Virus record (IMG/VR): IMGVR_UViG_3300017731_000051
Span: 1-24,096 of that record
Reading direction: 5' to 3' (one strand)
DNA from: a virus
Lineage: Duplodnaviria; Caudoviricetes
DNA: 24,096 nt
Below the pieces are notes generated by a model. That model saw only the letters and a program-made list of their open reading frames with translations, ran no database searches and was not told the origin of the DNA. This document shows, one piece after another, positions 1-9,300 of the stretch. A program made the translations under genes and the position numbers. The first letter of the stretch is position 1; each line of letters starts with the position of its first letter.

Positions 1-1
1 A

Positions 2-304
2 ACACCATTCCATCCAGTTAACATTGGATTATCAACTGGAACAGTAGGAATACCTGCACCGATATCACACATTATAAACAATGGTGGGGTAGTAGCGGGT
101 CTTAAAGCAGGGTTGTTAACGGCATTTACACACCCATCATCAAAAATACCATATGGAATACCATTTGCTACTAAATTAGTAAATGCATTTACAATTCATT
201 TAACAACAGTAGGTGGTTTACATACAGAATTAGTAACACCTGGAACACCAGTAACACCACTCCCACCATTCCCATCGCCACAACCTTGGGTTGGAATGGT
301 GTAA
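2..304 (+). CDS. 5'-truncated hypothetical virion-module protein with Pro-rich C-terminus
   Basis: Frame 2 is open from base 2 to TAA at 302-304 (TPFHPVNIGLSTGTVGIPAP...HLTTVGGLHTELVTPGTPVTPLPPFPSPQPWVGMV), so the 113..304 ORF in the track is only its 3' part. It lies upstream of the baseplate genes. Confidence 0.7.
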   Translation, partial: TPFHPVNIGLSTGTVGIPAPISHIINNGGVVAGLKAGLLTAFTHPSSKIPYGIPFATKLVNAFTIHLTTVGGLHTELVTPGTPVTPLPPFPSPQPWVGMV

Positions 305-312
305 AAAGAAAG

Positions 313-329
313 TTTTTAATATTTATATA
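313..329 (+). promoter_or_regulatory. Putative phage late promoter motif TTTTTAATATTTATATA (core TATTTATA 320-327)
   Basis: Intergenic. The 17-mer is identical to 12275-12291 and the core recurs at 20803-20810; each copy precedes a block of structural genes. Confidence 0.6.
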
Positions 330-342
330 TAAAGCAGAAATT

Positions 343-816
343 ATGAAGGCAAAAGATTTAGCACAATTATTAGAAGTAATCGTAAGAAAGGTAGTTCGTG
401 AAGAACTAAAACCTATGCTTAAAGAGATAAAGAATTCTCAGAAACCGATTATAAAAGAAATCAAATCTAAAAAGGTTGAAGTAGACCCATTGGAAATTGA
501 TATGGGTAAGATTTTAGCAATAGAAGAAAATAAAAAAACATCTAAACCAAAATCATTTGTTAAGAATGAAATGTTAAATGAAATGTTAAATGATGTAGCT
601 CAAAGTGGTGAGTGGAGAAACTTAGATGCAAATCCATATACATCCAATCAAGCGCAAGGATTTGTGCAGGGTGGTTCTATGGTAACAGCACCAACGCAAG
701 ATATCGATGGTAGACCTGTTGATACATCTAATCCTGAAGTGGCTAATGTGGTGGGTGCTATAACAAAAGATTATTCTCAATTGATGAAAGCGATTGATAA
801 GAAAAAGGGAAGATAG
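343..816 (+). CDS. Hypothetical protein (157 aa), helical N-terminus MKAKDLAQLLEVIVRKVVREELK
   Basis: The track starts it at 286, but that overlaps the upstream gene and reads through the AT-rich motif. ATG at 343, just after the motif, is the more plausible start. Confidence 0.75.
   Translation: MKAKDLAQLLEVIVRKVVREELKPMLKEIKNSQKPIIKEIKSKKVEVDPLEIDMGKILAIEENKKTSKPKSFVKNEMLNEMLNDVAQSGEWRNLDANPYTSNQAQGFVQGGSMVTAPTQDIDGRPVDTSNPEVANVVGAITKDYSQLMKAIDKKKGR
565..593 (+). repeat. 12-bp tandem repeat AATGAAATGTTA x2.4 (NEML-NEML-ND), in frame
   Basis: Direct reading of 565-576, 577-588 and 589-593. Confidence 0.8.
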
Positions 817-820
817 TTAA

Positions 821-1258
821 ATGGCTAAAGAAAGAAAAACGTTTTTCTATAATCCAATAGATTTTGAAAAAGATGTAGCAGTTGGTGTCAAATTACCATT
901 CGGTAAACCCAACGGATTATTTGCTCAAAGTTATACAACAGAAGAGCAAGCAACATCTAATCTAAAGAATCTATTATTGACCAGAAAAGGTGAAAGACCA
1001 TTTCAACCTGAATTCGGGTCGGATGTGTATTCTTTGCTTTTTGAAAATATAGATTTAGACTTGAACGAAAGAATTTCAGATACTCTTTCAGAAGATATCA
1101 AATTTTGGTTACCTTATATAGTTATTGACAATATAGATGTTCAAACAGAACCTGATAGAAATTTTGTAAAAATTGAATTAAGGTTTAGAGTTACAGAGCA
1201 GGGTGCGAACCAACAAATAATAGTGTTTTATGATTCAGCTGGAAGTACAATAGAATAG
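821..1258 (+). CDS. Baseplate wedge subunit, T4 gp25 / GPW_gp25 family
   Basis: Family motif NLKNLLLTRKGERPFQPEFGSDVYSLLFE...I..WLPYI.I; 145 aa; directly upstream of the gp6-like gene. Confidence 0.92.
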   Translation: MAKERKTFFYNPIDFEKDVAVGVKLPFGKPNGLFAQSYTTEEQATSNLKNLLLTRKGERPFQPEFGSDVYSLLFENIDLDLNERISDTLSEDIKFWLPYIVIDNIDVQTEPDRNFVKIELRFRVTEQGANQQIIVFYDSAGSTIE

Positions 1259-1267
1259 GTTTAAGAT

Positions 1268-3208
1268 ATGGCAAACAAAAAGAAATCAGATTTAGTACAA
1301 AAGGATGTATCGTTAATCGGTAGAGATTTTGGTGAATTTAGAAAAAACTTAGTTGAGTTTTCTAAAAATTATTTCCCAAATACATTTAACGATTTTAACG
1401 AATCATCTCCTGGTATGATGTTTATGGAAATGGCATCATATGTAGGTGATGTATTATCATTTTATACAGATACACAATTAAGAGAATCTCTATTAAGTAC
1501 AGCAGAAGAGAATGTAAACTTATTTAATATTGTAAACTCATTAGGATACAAACCAAAAAACATTATACCAGCATCTGTAACAATGGATGTATTTCAATTA
1601 GTACCAGCAACTGGTGTTGGTGATGATGTAAAACCTGATTTTGATTATGCTATGGTTTTAAGTGAAGGTATGATAATAGGTTCTACTGATTTTTCTGATG
1701 TAGAATTTACAACAATATCATCAATTGATTTTTCATTCTCATCATCATTTAGTCCAACTGAAGTATCAGTTTATCAGATTGATGAAAGTACAAATCTACC
1801 TGTTTACTACTTACTAAAGAAGCAGGTTAAAGCTACAAGTGGTAAAGAAAAGACACAAGACTTTACATTCACTTCACCAAAGATTTATGATAAAATTAAA
1901 ATTGAAGAAGATAATTTAATTAGAGTAAAAAGTATAAAAGATTCTGATGGTGATACTTGGACAAGAGTTCCTTATTTAGCACAAGATACTGTATTTGAAC
2001 AAATAGATAATAACGAAGATAACTCAACATACTTACATCAGTATAGTGGTGATACTCCTTACCTATTAGAATTAAATAGAGTTCCTAAACGATATGTAAC
2101 TAAGTTTGAAGATGATGGAGTTTTACAAATTTGTTTTGGAGCAGGTATATCTTCAAATGCAGATGAAGAAATAATTCCTAATCCTGATAATGTTGGTTCT
2201 GGTCTTTATACAGAACACCAAAACTTAGATTCATCATTAGACCCATCTAACTTCTTATATACAAAAACATATGGGGTAGCACCACAAAATACAACTTTGA
2301 CTGTTACCTACTTAGTTGGTAATGGTATTATAGATAATGTTCCTGCTAATGATTTGGTTGATGTAATATCAAGCAATACTGAATTTAAAAACGAAATAAA
2401 TCTAAATAGAAATGTAGTATCGTTTTGTAGACAATCATTAGCTTGTTCAAATCAATCAGCTGCCGTTGGTGGTAAGACTACAGAATCGCAAGAAGAAATT
2501 AGACAGAATGCTATGGCATTCTTTGCTGCACAAAATAGAACTGTAACTAGAGAAGATTATGTAATGAGATGTTACTCTCTTCCACCACAATTCGGGTCAG
2601 TAGCAAAAGCATATTTAGTTCAAGATTATCAATTAGAACAATCTAAGCAAGATGGGCAGTATATCAATACTGAGATTCCAAATCCATTAGCATTAAATTT
2701 ATATACTTGTGGGTATGATAACACAAAGAATCTAACACATCTCAATGCTGCAACTAAATACAATTTAAAAAATTACATTTCTTATCATAGAATACTAACA
2801 GATGCAGTAAACATAAAAAATGCACATATAGTAAACATAGGATGTACCTTTGAAATCATAGTTATGCCAGAATTTAACTCTAATGAGGTGTTATTAAGAG
2901 TTATTGATAGATTAAAGGATTATTTTGATATTGATAATTGGAGAATTAATGAACCAATTAATTTATCGAAAATTTATGTTGAAATTGATAAGGTAGATGG
3001 TGTACAAACTGTAGTAAGACCTGATAGAGATGGAAAAGGTGGATTACAGATAGTAAACAAATTTAACGGAAACTATTCATCAAACAAATATAGTATATTA
3101 AATGCGACTAAGGGTGGTATTATATATCCACCTAAAGACCCATCTATATTTGAAGTGAAGTTTCCTAATCAAGATATTAGAGGACAGGTTGTAACACAAC
3201 AATTCTAA
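1268..3208 (+). CDS. Baseplate wedge subunit, T4 gp6-like (baseplate J superfamily)
   Basis: N-terminal DFGEFRKNL...FNDFNESSPGMMFMEMASYVGDVLSFY and C-terminal GGKTTESQEEIRQNA...QNRTVTREDY motifs are typical of gp6; 646 aa. Confidence 0.92.
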   Translation: MANKKKSDLVQKDVSLIGRDFGEFRKNLVEFSKNYFPNTFNDFNESSPGMMFMEMASYVGDVLSFYTDTQLRESLLSTAEENVNLFNIVNSLGYKPKNIIPASVTMDVFQLVPATGVGDDVKPDFDYAMVLSEGMIIGSTDFSDVEFTTISSIDFSFSSSFSPTEVSVYQIDESTNLPVYYLLKKQVKATSGKEKTQDFTFTSPKIYDKIKIEEDNLIRVKSIKDSDGDTWTRVPYLAQDTVFEQIDNNEDNSTYLHQYSGDTPYLLELNRVPKRYVTKFEDDGVLQICFGAGISSNADEEIIPNPDNVGSGLYTEHQNLDSSLDPSNFLYTKTYGVAPQNTTLTVTYLVGNGIIDNVPANDLVDVISSNTEFKNEINLNRNVVSFCRQSLACSNQSAAVGGKTTESQEEIRQNAMAFFAAQNRTVTREDYVMRCYSLPPQFGSVAKAYLVQDYQLEQSKQDGQYINTEIPNPLALNLYTCGYDNTKNLTHLNAATKYNLKNYISYHRILTDAVNIKNAHIVNIGCTFEIIVMPEFNSNEVLLRVIDRLKDYFDIDNWRINEPINLSKIYVEIDKVDGVQTVVRPDRDGKGGLQIVNKFNGNYSSNKYSILNATKGGIIYPPKDPSIFEVKFPNQDIRGQVVTQQF

Positions 3209-3221
3209 ACGAGGATATAGT

Positions 3222-5246
3222 ATGATTTATAGAATATACGGACAAAAAGATACTACAATTTATGAGTTAAATACTCGTAAAGCTCAAAACACAGGTTTAG
3301 ATGAAGTGTTGGAAGTTACCAAGTTCTTCGATGAAGATTCAAATACTGTATTGACTGGTAACAGTAGAATACTTACACAATTTGATTTAGCAGATATATC
3401 ACAATCAATTGTGGCAGGTGATATACCAACTTCTTCTAAGTATCAACTAAACTTAACATCAATTGATTCTAGTGAAGTACAATCTGAATATACATTAGAA
3501 GTATATCCCGTTTCACAGAGTTGGTCTGAAGGCATGGGTCAGTATAACAATTCTCCGAATATCACAAATGGTTGTAGTTGGGAAAGAAGAAATACAGATA
3601 ATTTATGGGGTGTAGGTTCTGTAGCTATACTTAATGGTAAAGATATTGAAACAACTCCAAAGAGTGGTGTTGTATTATACGAATCATTTGCAGATGGAAG
3701 TGGTTCGGCATTTCTAACAGAATCTATTAATGACTTTAATGGTAACGCACCATTCACATCCCTTGTTAACGAACAATTAGTTATATCAGCATCAAACTTT
3801 GCTGGAACTACGTTAGTGTTCCCAGCATATCTACAAACTGGGATTACATATGGTGTTCAATTTCAAATAGACCCTAACTCATTTGATGATGTTACATTTA
3901 GAATTAAAGACCCTAATGGGGTTTTAAAGAATCAAGGTGATTACGAAGGTATGGTAGGTGCTATAACAGCATCATCTACTCAATCATTTGATTTGGGTGC
4001 TACAGTAACTGGGGAGCATGAATTAAGATTTACATTCTTTGATGGGAGTGGTGATGGTACTTCAACAACAGGTACATTTGATGAAGTATATGTTTATCAA
4101 AAAGAAGGTAACCTAATAGTATGGGAAACCTTTACTCAAAATGAAGGTAACTTCAAATTAAGAAATAGAGTAAATGATTCTTTAACTAATAGTGTTAGAA
4201 TGTTCGCATCCGAATCTAAATTAAATTTATACGCTGATGATGGCGGAGCAGATGCACAATACTCAGTAAATCTGCAAGCCGGATTACAATACTCAGTATC
4301 AGCATCAATTACACCAGGTAATTTTGATAAGATAGATTTCTTAATATATGATAATAATGGATTACCATTAAGAACAGGTATAACAAACCTTACATCATCA
4401 TATACTGCTAACGCAACACAATCAATATCATTTACACCAGCAGTAAATGGTGATTATATATTCGCATATACATACTATAATACATCAAGCTCACCAAAAA
4501 GTGGTTCTATAGATGATTTTAAAATAGAGTATTCAGGTTCATTGGATTCGCCAGAGATAAGTGAAGCCGGTTTCATTAAAAATTCAGGTGGAGCAACTTG
4601 GTACACATCATCACTACATGGTGATAAATATTCTCAATCATTTACAAAATCAACATCAGACTTAAATGTAGATGTTACTGCATATGTACAAGATATGTTA
4701 GGTGGGAGTAGACCTAATGATGGATTCCTTATTAAAAGACCTGTTTTAGAAGAAAGTGGTTCTACTAAATATGGTTCATCAAAGTTCTTCTCAAATGATA
4801 CTCATACGATATATGTTCCTACATTAGAAGCTAAGTGGGATGATTCATCATTCGCAACAGGTTCACTTACAGAACTAACGGCTGATGATATTACATTATA
4901 TATGAAGAATCTCAAAACCGAATATAAAGAATTATCAAGAGCTAAATTGAGAGTTGTTGGTAGAGAAACATATCCTCAAAGAAGTTTTACGAACTCAGCA
5001 CCATATAACCAAATTAAATATCTACCCACAACTACTTATTACCAGGTTAGAGATGTAGAAACAAATTTAGTGTTGATTCCATTCGATACAACTTATACAA
5101 AGGTTAGTTGTGATTCAAATGGAAACTTCTTTGATTTTAGATTTAATACATTACAACCTGAAAGATTTTATCAATTCGAATTTAGAGTTGACCGAACTGG
5201 TAATCAACAATATTTCGATGGGTTTATATTTAAAGTGGTTAGATAA
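3222..5246 (+). CDS. Virion structural protein, DNRLRE-like beta-sandwich with two inserted CBM-like repeats and a C-terminal Ig-like region
   Basis: KDTTIYE...NTG...SRILTQFDL...LEVYPVSQSWSEG...SW, resuming at GGATW...DLNVDVT..VQ...NDGFLIK...FFS....PTLEAKW. GAGGA RBS at 3211-3215. Confidence 0.65.
   Translation: MIYRIYGQKDTTIYELNTRKAQNTGLDEVLEVTKFFDEDSNTVLTGNSRILTQFDLADISQSIVAGDIPTSSKYQLNLTSIDSSEVQSEYTLEVYPVSQSWSEGMGQYNNSPNITNGCSWERRNTDNLWGVGSVAILNGKDIETTPKSGVVLYESFADGSGSAFLTESINDFNGNAPFTSLVNEQLVISASNFAGTTLVFPAYLQTGITYGVQFQIDPNSFDDVTFRIKDPNGVLKNQGDYEGMVGAITASSTQSFDLGATVTGEHELRFTFFDGSGDGTSTTGTFDEVYVYQKEGNLIVWETFTQNEGNFKLRNRVNDSLTNSVRMFASESKLNLYADDGGADAQYSVNLQAGLQYSVSASITPGNFDKIDFLIYDNNGLPLRTGITNLTSSYTANATQSISFTPAVNGDYIFAYTYYNTSSSPKSGSIDDFKIEYSGSLDSPEISEAGFIKNSGGATWYTSSLHGDKYSQSFTKSTSDLNVDVTAYVQDMLGGSRPNDGFLIKRPVLEESGSTKYGSSKFFSNDTHTIYVPTLEAKWDDSSFATGSLTELTADDITLYMKNLKTEYKELSRAKLRVVGRETYPQRSFTNSAPYNQIKYLPTTTYYQVRDVETNLVLIPFDTTYTKVSCDSNGNFFDFRFNTLQPERFYQFEFRVDRTGNQQYFDGFIFKVVR
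3666..4535 (+). repeat. Tandem duplication of a ~145-aa jelly-roll (CBM-like) domain at protein level
   Basis: Unit 1 ~3666-4106, unit 2 ~4107-4535. Aligned blocks: VVLYESF/LIVWETF; LQTGITYGVQFQIDPNSFDDVTFRIKDPNG/LQAGLQYSVSASITPGNFDKIDFLIYDNNG; TASSTQSF/TANATQSI; GTFDEVYV/GSIDDFKI. Confidence 0.8.
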
Positions 5247-6319
5247 TGGCAGCAGATAATTCACCAAGTAATAGCGCAAATCAGTTGAACATAACAGTTC
5301 AAAATGAATCTGAAAACTATCGTAAAATAAGACGTAATAGTTCAAATCAAATTGTGTCTTATCCACTATCTGAAAAAGATATAGCAAATGGGTTAGATGA
5401 GTTTGGATTTAAAAGAATACCAGGTTCAATTGGTATGTTTAATAAAGTACAATATGAACGTACTATTCCACAACTATCAAACGAATTAATCATAACGCCT
5501 GTTGAATTTGAAAGTCAAATAATTGAACAAAACAGATTAGATGAAGCGAAGATTTATAAAGCACAAAACCAATCTTTAAGGTCAGTAAGAGGTTCAGAAG
5601 AAGAAGAACCTAAAGATGAATTTAGTGCAAGATATGAATTAACACCAAACGCACCTTCTTACAGATATATAAACACATCTGAAATTTCAAATAGCCAAAG
5701 AGATTTTGGTAATACTCACTTTGGTGGTATAAGTTATCATAACGATGGCGTTAGAAGTGCAACCGATGGTTATATTACATTTAAAGGACATAAAGAACTT
5801 GCTTGGGATAAAAAAATGTTCGGACCCGACTTAGACCAATATGGGTATAGAGTTACTGAAGAATTAAAAGCTTCAGGAAGAGACCTTTTCATTAGAGCAG
5901 TAGTTAGTTTTAGAATAGGGCATAGTGGTGGTTCACCTGTAGGAGCATATGCAGCTATTATGAGAAAGAGAGCTGGAAGAACTAATGAAGAAAATAGAAA
6001 GCGTGTAAAAACAGAGGGTAGCACAGTACTTGGTTCAGACCAACCATTTTATCCTATGCATGTTTTAGAGTTAACAATTCCTAATTCGGCATTACAAATA
6101 AATGATTTGTATCAAATAACATCTAACTTTGGTTCGGCTAATGATGGTGTTTACATTATGGGTGATAAGTGTGTATTTGAGGTTAATTGTCCATTACCTT
6201 CAGACCCAGTAATATTCTACCCAGCAAATAATAACTCAGGTACTAATTCCTTTGTTGGTGGTGTACAAGGTGTTGTTAATGATGTAGCGCGAGATGCGGC
6301 AGAAACATCGGATAGTTAA
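5246..6319 (+). CDS. Hypothetical virion-associated protein (357 aa), beta-rich C-terminal domain
   Basis: Start overlaps the upstream stop (TAATG 5244-5248); embedded in the baseplate operon. Confidence 0.7.
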   Translation: MAADNSPSNSANQLNITVQNESENYRKIRRNSSNQIVSYPLSEKDIANGLDEFGFKRIPGSIGMFNKVQYERTIPQLSNELIITPVEFESQIIEQNRLDEAKIYKAQNQSLRSVRGSEEEEPKDEFSARYELTPNAPSYRYINTSEISNSQRDFGNTHFGGISYHNDGVRSATDGYITFKGHKELAWDKKMFGPDLDQYGYRVTEELKASGRDLFIRAVVSFRIGHSGGSPVGAYAAIMRKRAGRTNEENRKRVKTEGSTVLGSDQPFYPMHVLELTIPNSALQINDLYQITSNFGSANDGVYIMGDKCVFEVNCPLPSDPVIFYPANNNSGTNSFVGGVQGVVNDVARDAAETSDS

Positions 6320-6327
6320 AGGTAATT

Positions 6328-9300
6328 ATGGCAATAAATAGATTTCAAAATAAAGATATTTTAACTACCTCAAAGGTTCCTGTAGATAGTGCGCAAGTAT
6401 ATTCCTTAGAAGATGTTAACAACTTAATAAACGATGGGGCAACTTTTACAAAAGTAAATCTACAACCATCTGATTATGATACATTCTGTAAAACAGAAGC
6501 ACACATGTACTCAGCTGATAAATTAGTTGAATCGTTGACTGGTATGATTCAATATGAATTAAATCAAGGTGATGACCCGCTTGAAACAAATATATTGTTA
6601 AGACCTGAAATGCAAGTCAGAAGCACCGCATTGGATACAGGTTATTATAGTATTGTTTACAATTTTACAAAACCTCTTACAAGTCATATGAGGGTTATAA
6701 ATACTAATTCAGATAATACAGAATTAGAATTAGAGTTTGTAAATCCTAATCATAATTTAACTCAACTAAAAACTTTTATTGATAACCCAGTCGCTGACCC
6801 TAATAATGGACAAAATTTTTTACAACCAAATTTAGTTTTAAATTTTGGTGGTAATGAACTTGCAGTAGTTACGGCTGTAAGTTTTGAAAACAATCCAAGA
6901 ATAGGAATACAGACAGGAAGTATCCCATTTCCAACAGATACACATTCAGAGTTACCAACATTCTTTGCACCATCAGAACAAGAAGCAGAAAATAATTTTT
7001 GGATAGAATTTTATAATGCTCCCCAACAAAATGATTTTGACCCACCTGCAACCATTCACAAAACAACTGGTAGATTTGCAAAAGCTGAAATAACATTCGA
7101 TGAAAACGGAAATCCTCGCTATGAGTTAATAAAAATTGAGGGAACTGAAGATGTAGATTACTACTACGATGATGATTACGATGGTAGACCGGAAGAGAAA
7201 GTATATCCAATATCAATTCCAAAAGAGTCTCAATATTTTAGTGGACCGCCCAGAGCGGGTACGACTTGGTCTAGCATACCACGTTCTGCTAAAATTAGAT
7301 ATTATGACCCAAACTATGATTCAACACAACTTAAAACTGTAGTTGTAAAGTTATATAAACCATTAGAAGATGGGTTATCAGGGAAACAAATAATGATTGA
7401 AGAAGTAATAAGAGATTCTTACATCGAAAGAATATTACTTTACAATATTGAAAAACCTGAAGAGCAGGCAAACTTTTCACCACCTAACTTTAAAATCGAT
7501 ATGGGTAACTATGGAAAATCCCAAGGTACTGATTTAAAAAGTTGGAATGATTTATTAGATACAAACTTATCAACATCACAACAAATTATTGATAAGTATA
7601 TTAGTGGTTCATTTGGTGGTGTAAAATTAAATTTAGATTTCACATCTTTTGGTTCATTCGTTAAATACTCTTCAGCAGTAGAGAGAGTAAATAATTTAAA
7701 ATATAAATTAGAGTTAATAGAATCATTTGATGCTAGAGTTAAAACGTTAGAATCTGTAAGTGGTTCTGAAGCATTAACAAATATATCACAATCAATTAGT
7801 AGACGTGATGCGGTAGTAAGTGGATTTGATGGCTGGGAACGTTGGATGTACACCGAATCTACAGGTTCATTATACACTCATTATACATCATCTGCAACTC
7901 CATTAGAACCTTGGCCTAAATCAAGCACATACCCAAATGTAAATTATAGTGTTACCTCATCGCAAGGTATAGCACATTATAATGGGTTAATAGATTCAGC
8001 AAGTATTCACGACGCAATGAACGATGCTAGATTAACAAAAGTAGTACCAGCATCAATTGTAGAGGACCCGTTAAACAAAGAATATGTTTTATTCGTAGAT
8101 ATGATTGGACATCACTTTGATATTACCTGGTCTTACATACACGCATTAACATCTATCAATGAAAGAGAAGAACATCCTTATGATGGTATGCCAAACGAAC
8201 TTCTTTATGATGTAGCAAAATCTATGGGTTGGAAATTAACGCATGGTAAAGATACATCTAATCTTTGGGAGTTTGGATTAGGAACTGATAAATTCGGTAA
8301 TGTACCTAATAGTGGTTCACTACCATCTAAATCACACGAAGATATTAACAATGAAGTATGGAGAAGGATTGTTAACAATATCCCATACCTTCTAAAAACA
8401 AAAGGTTCAGCAAGAGCCGTTAAAGCATTAATAGCTACATATGGTATTCCACAAACATTCTTATCAATTAGAGAATATGGTGGGCCTGTAATTGAGCATG
8501 ATGTAAGACCATATTGGGAACATGATAGATTTGTTTACCATTTAAGAATGGATAAAGATAATTACATTACAGTTCCTTGGGATAAAGTAGCAGATATAAA
8601 TCCAGTAACATATGAAATTAATACTAATACTCCTGGTAATGGTTCAACTATAACTAAAGTTGTTAAAGTAGTTGATGGGGTATTTGAAATTGATGAGGTA
8701 AAACAACCAACATTAACATTGTTAGCTGGTAACACTTATAAATTCGATGTAAGTGATTCATCAAATGGTTCACATCCATTTAGATTCCAAAAAGCATCTG
8801 ATAATTCATCTTATACAACTGGTGTTACTGTAACTGGAACGCAAGGACAAGCTAACTCAACTGTTCAAATAGTAGTATCAAACGCAACCCCTACTTTAAA
8901 ATACTATTGTAGTAGTCATAGTGGTATGGGTGGTAATATCACAATCAATGTGGGTGGACCAAACCCAATTGATGTTATTGAATTACAAGTAGCTCAAAAC
9001 CTAAACAGACATACTGGTGTTATTCGTAAGGGTAGTGATTTCGGAGTATTGTTTGAATCAACATACCCAACTGATTTTTATAGCAAAAAAGGTAACATAC
9101 ATTTCTACCTAAGTGGTAGTAGTGGATATAAATCAGCATCTATAGCAGTTCCAAATTTATTTGATTCTAATATGGGAACTCTTTTGATAGAAAGAGAAAC
9201 CTCTGGAAATGATATAACAAAAGATACTGTTTACAAATTACAATATAGAAGAAACAGAAAAGATAGAATCCAAGTAAGTAAATCAGCAAGTATATCGATT

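Noticed and set aside
286-342. Track start of the 176-aa ORF at 286
   Set aside because: It overlaps the upstream gene and translates the AT-rich intergenic motif (KRKFLIFIYK); ATG 343 is more plausible.
821-3208. Bacterial contractile injection system (T6SS, eCIS or tailocin) instead of a phage
   Set aside because: Linked primase, resolvase and Mre11-Rad50 genes, T4-sized gp6 and the absence of any cellular genes favour a phage genome.
7243-7260. Locally GC-rich mini-hairpin CCGC-CCAGA-GCGG inside the 1600-aa gene
   Set aside because: Only a 4-bp stem with no U-tract; explained by Gly-Pro-Pro-Arg-Ala-Gly codons.
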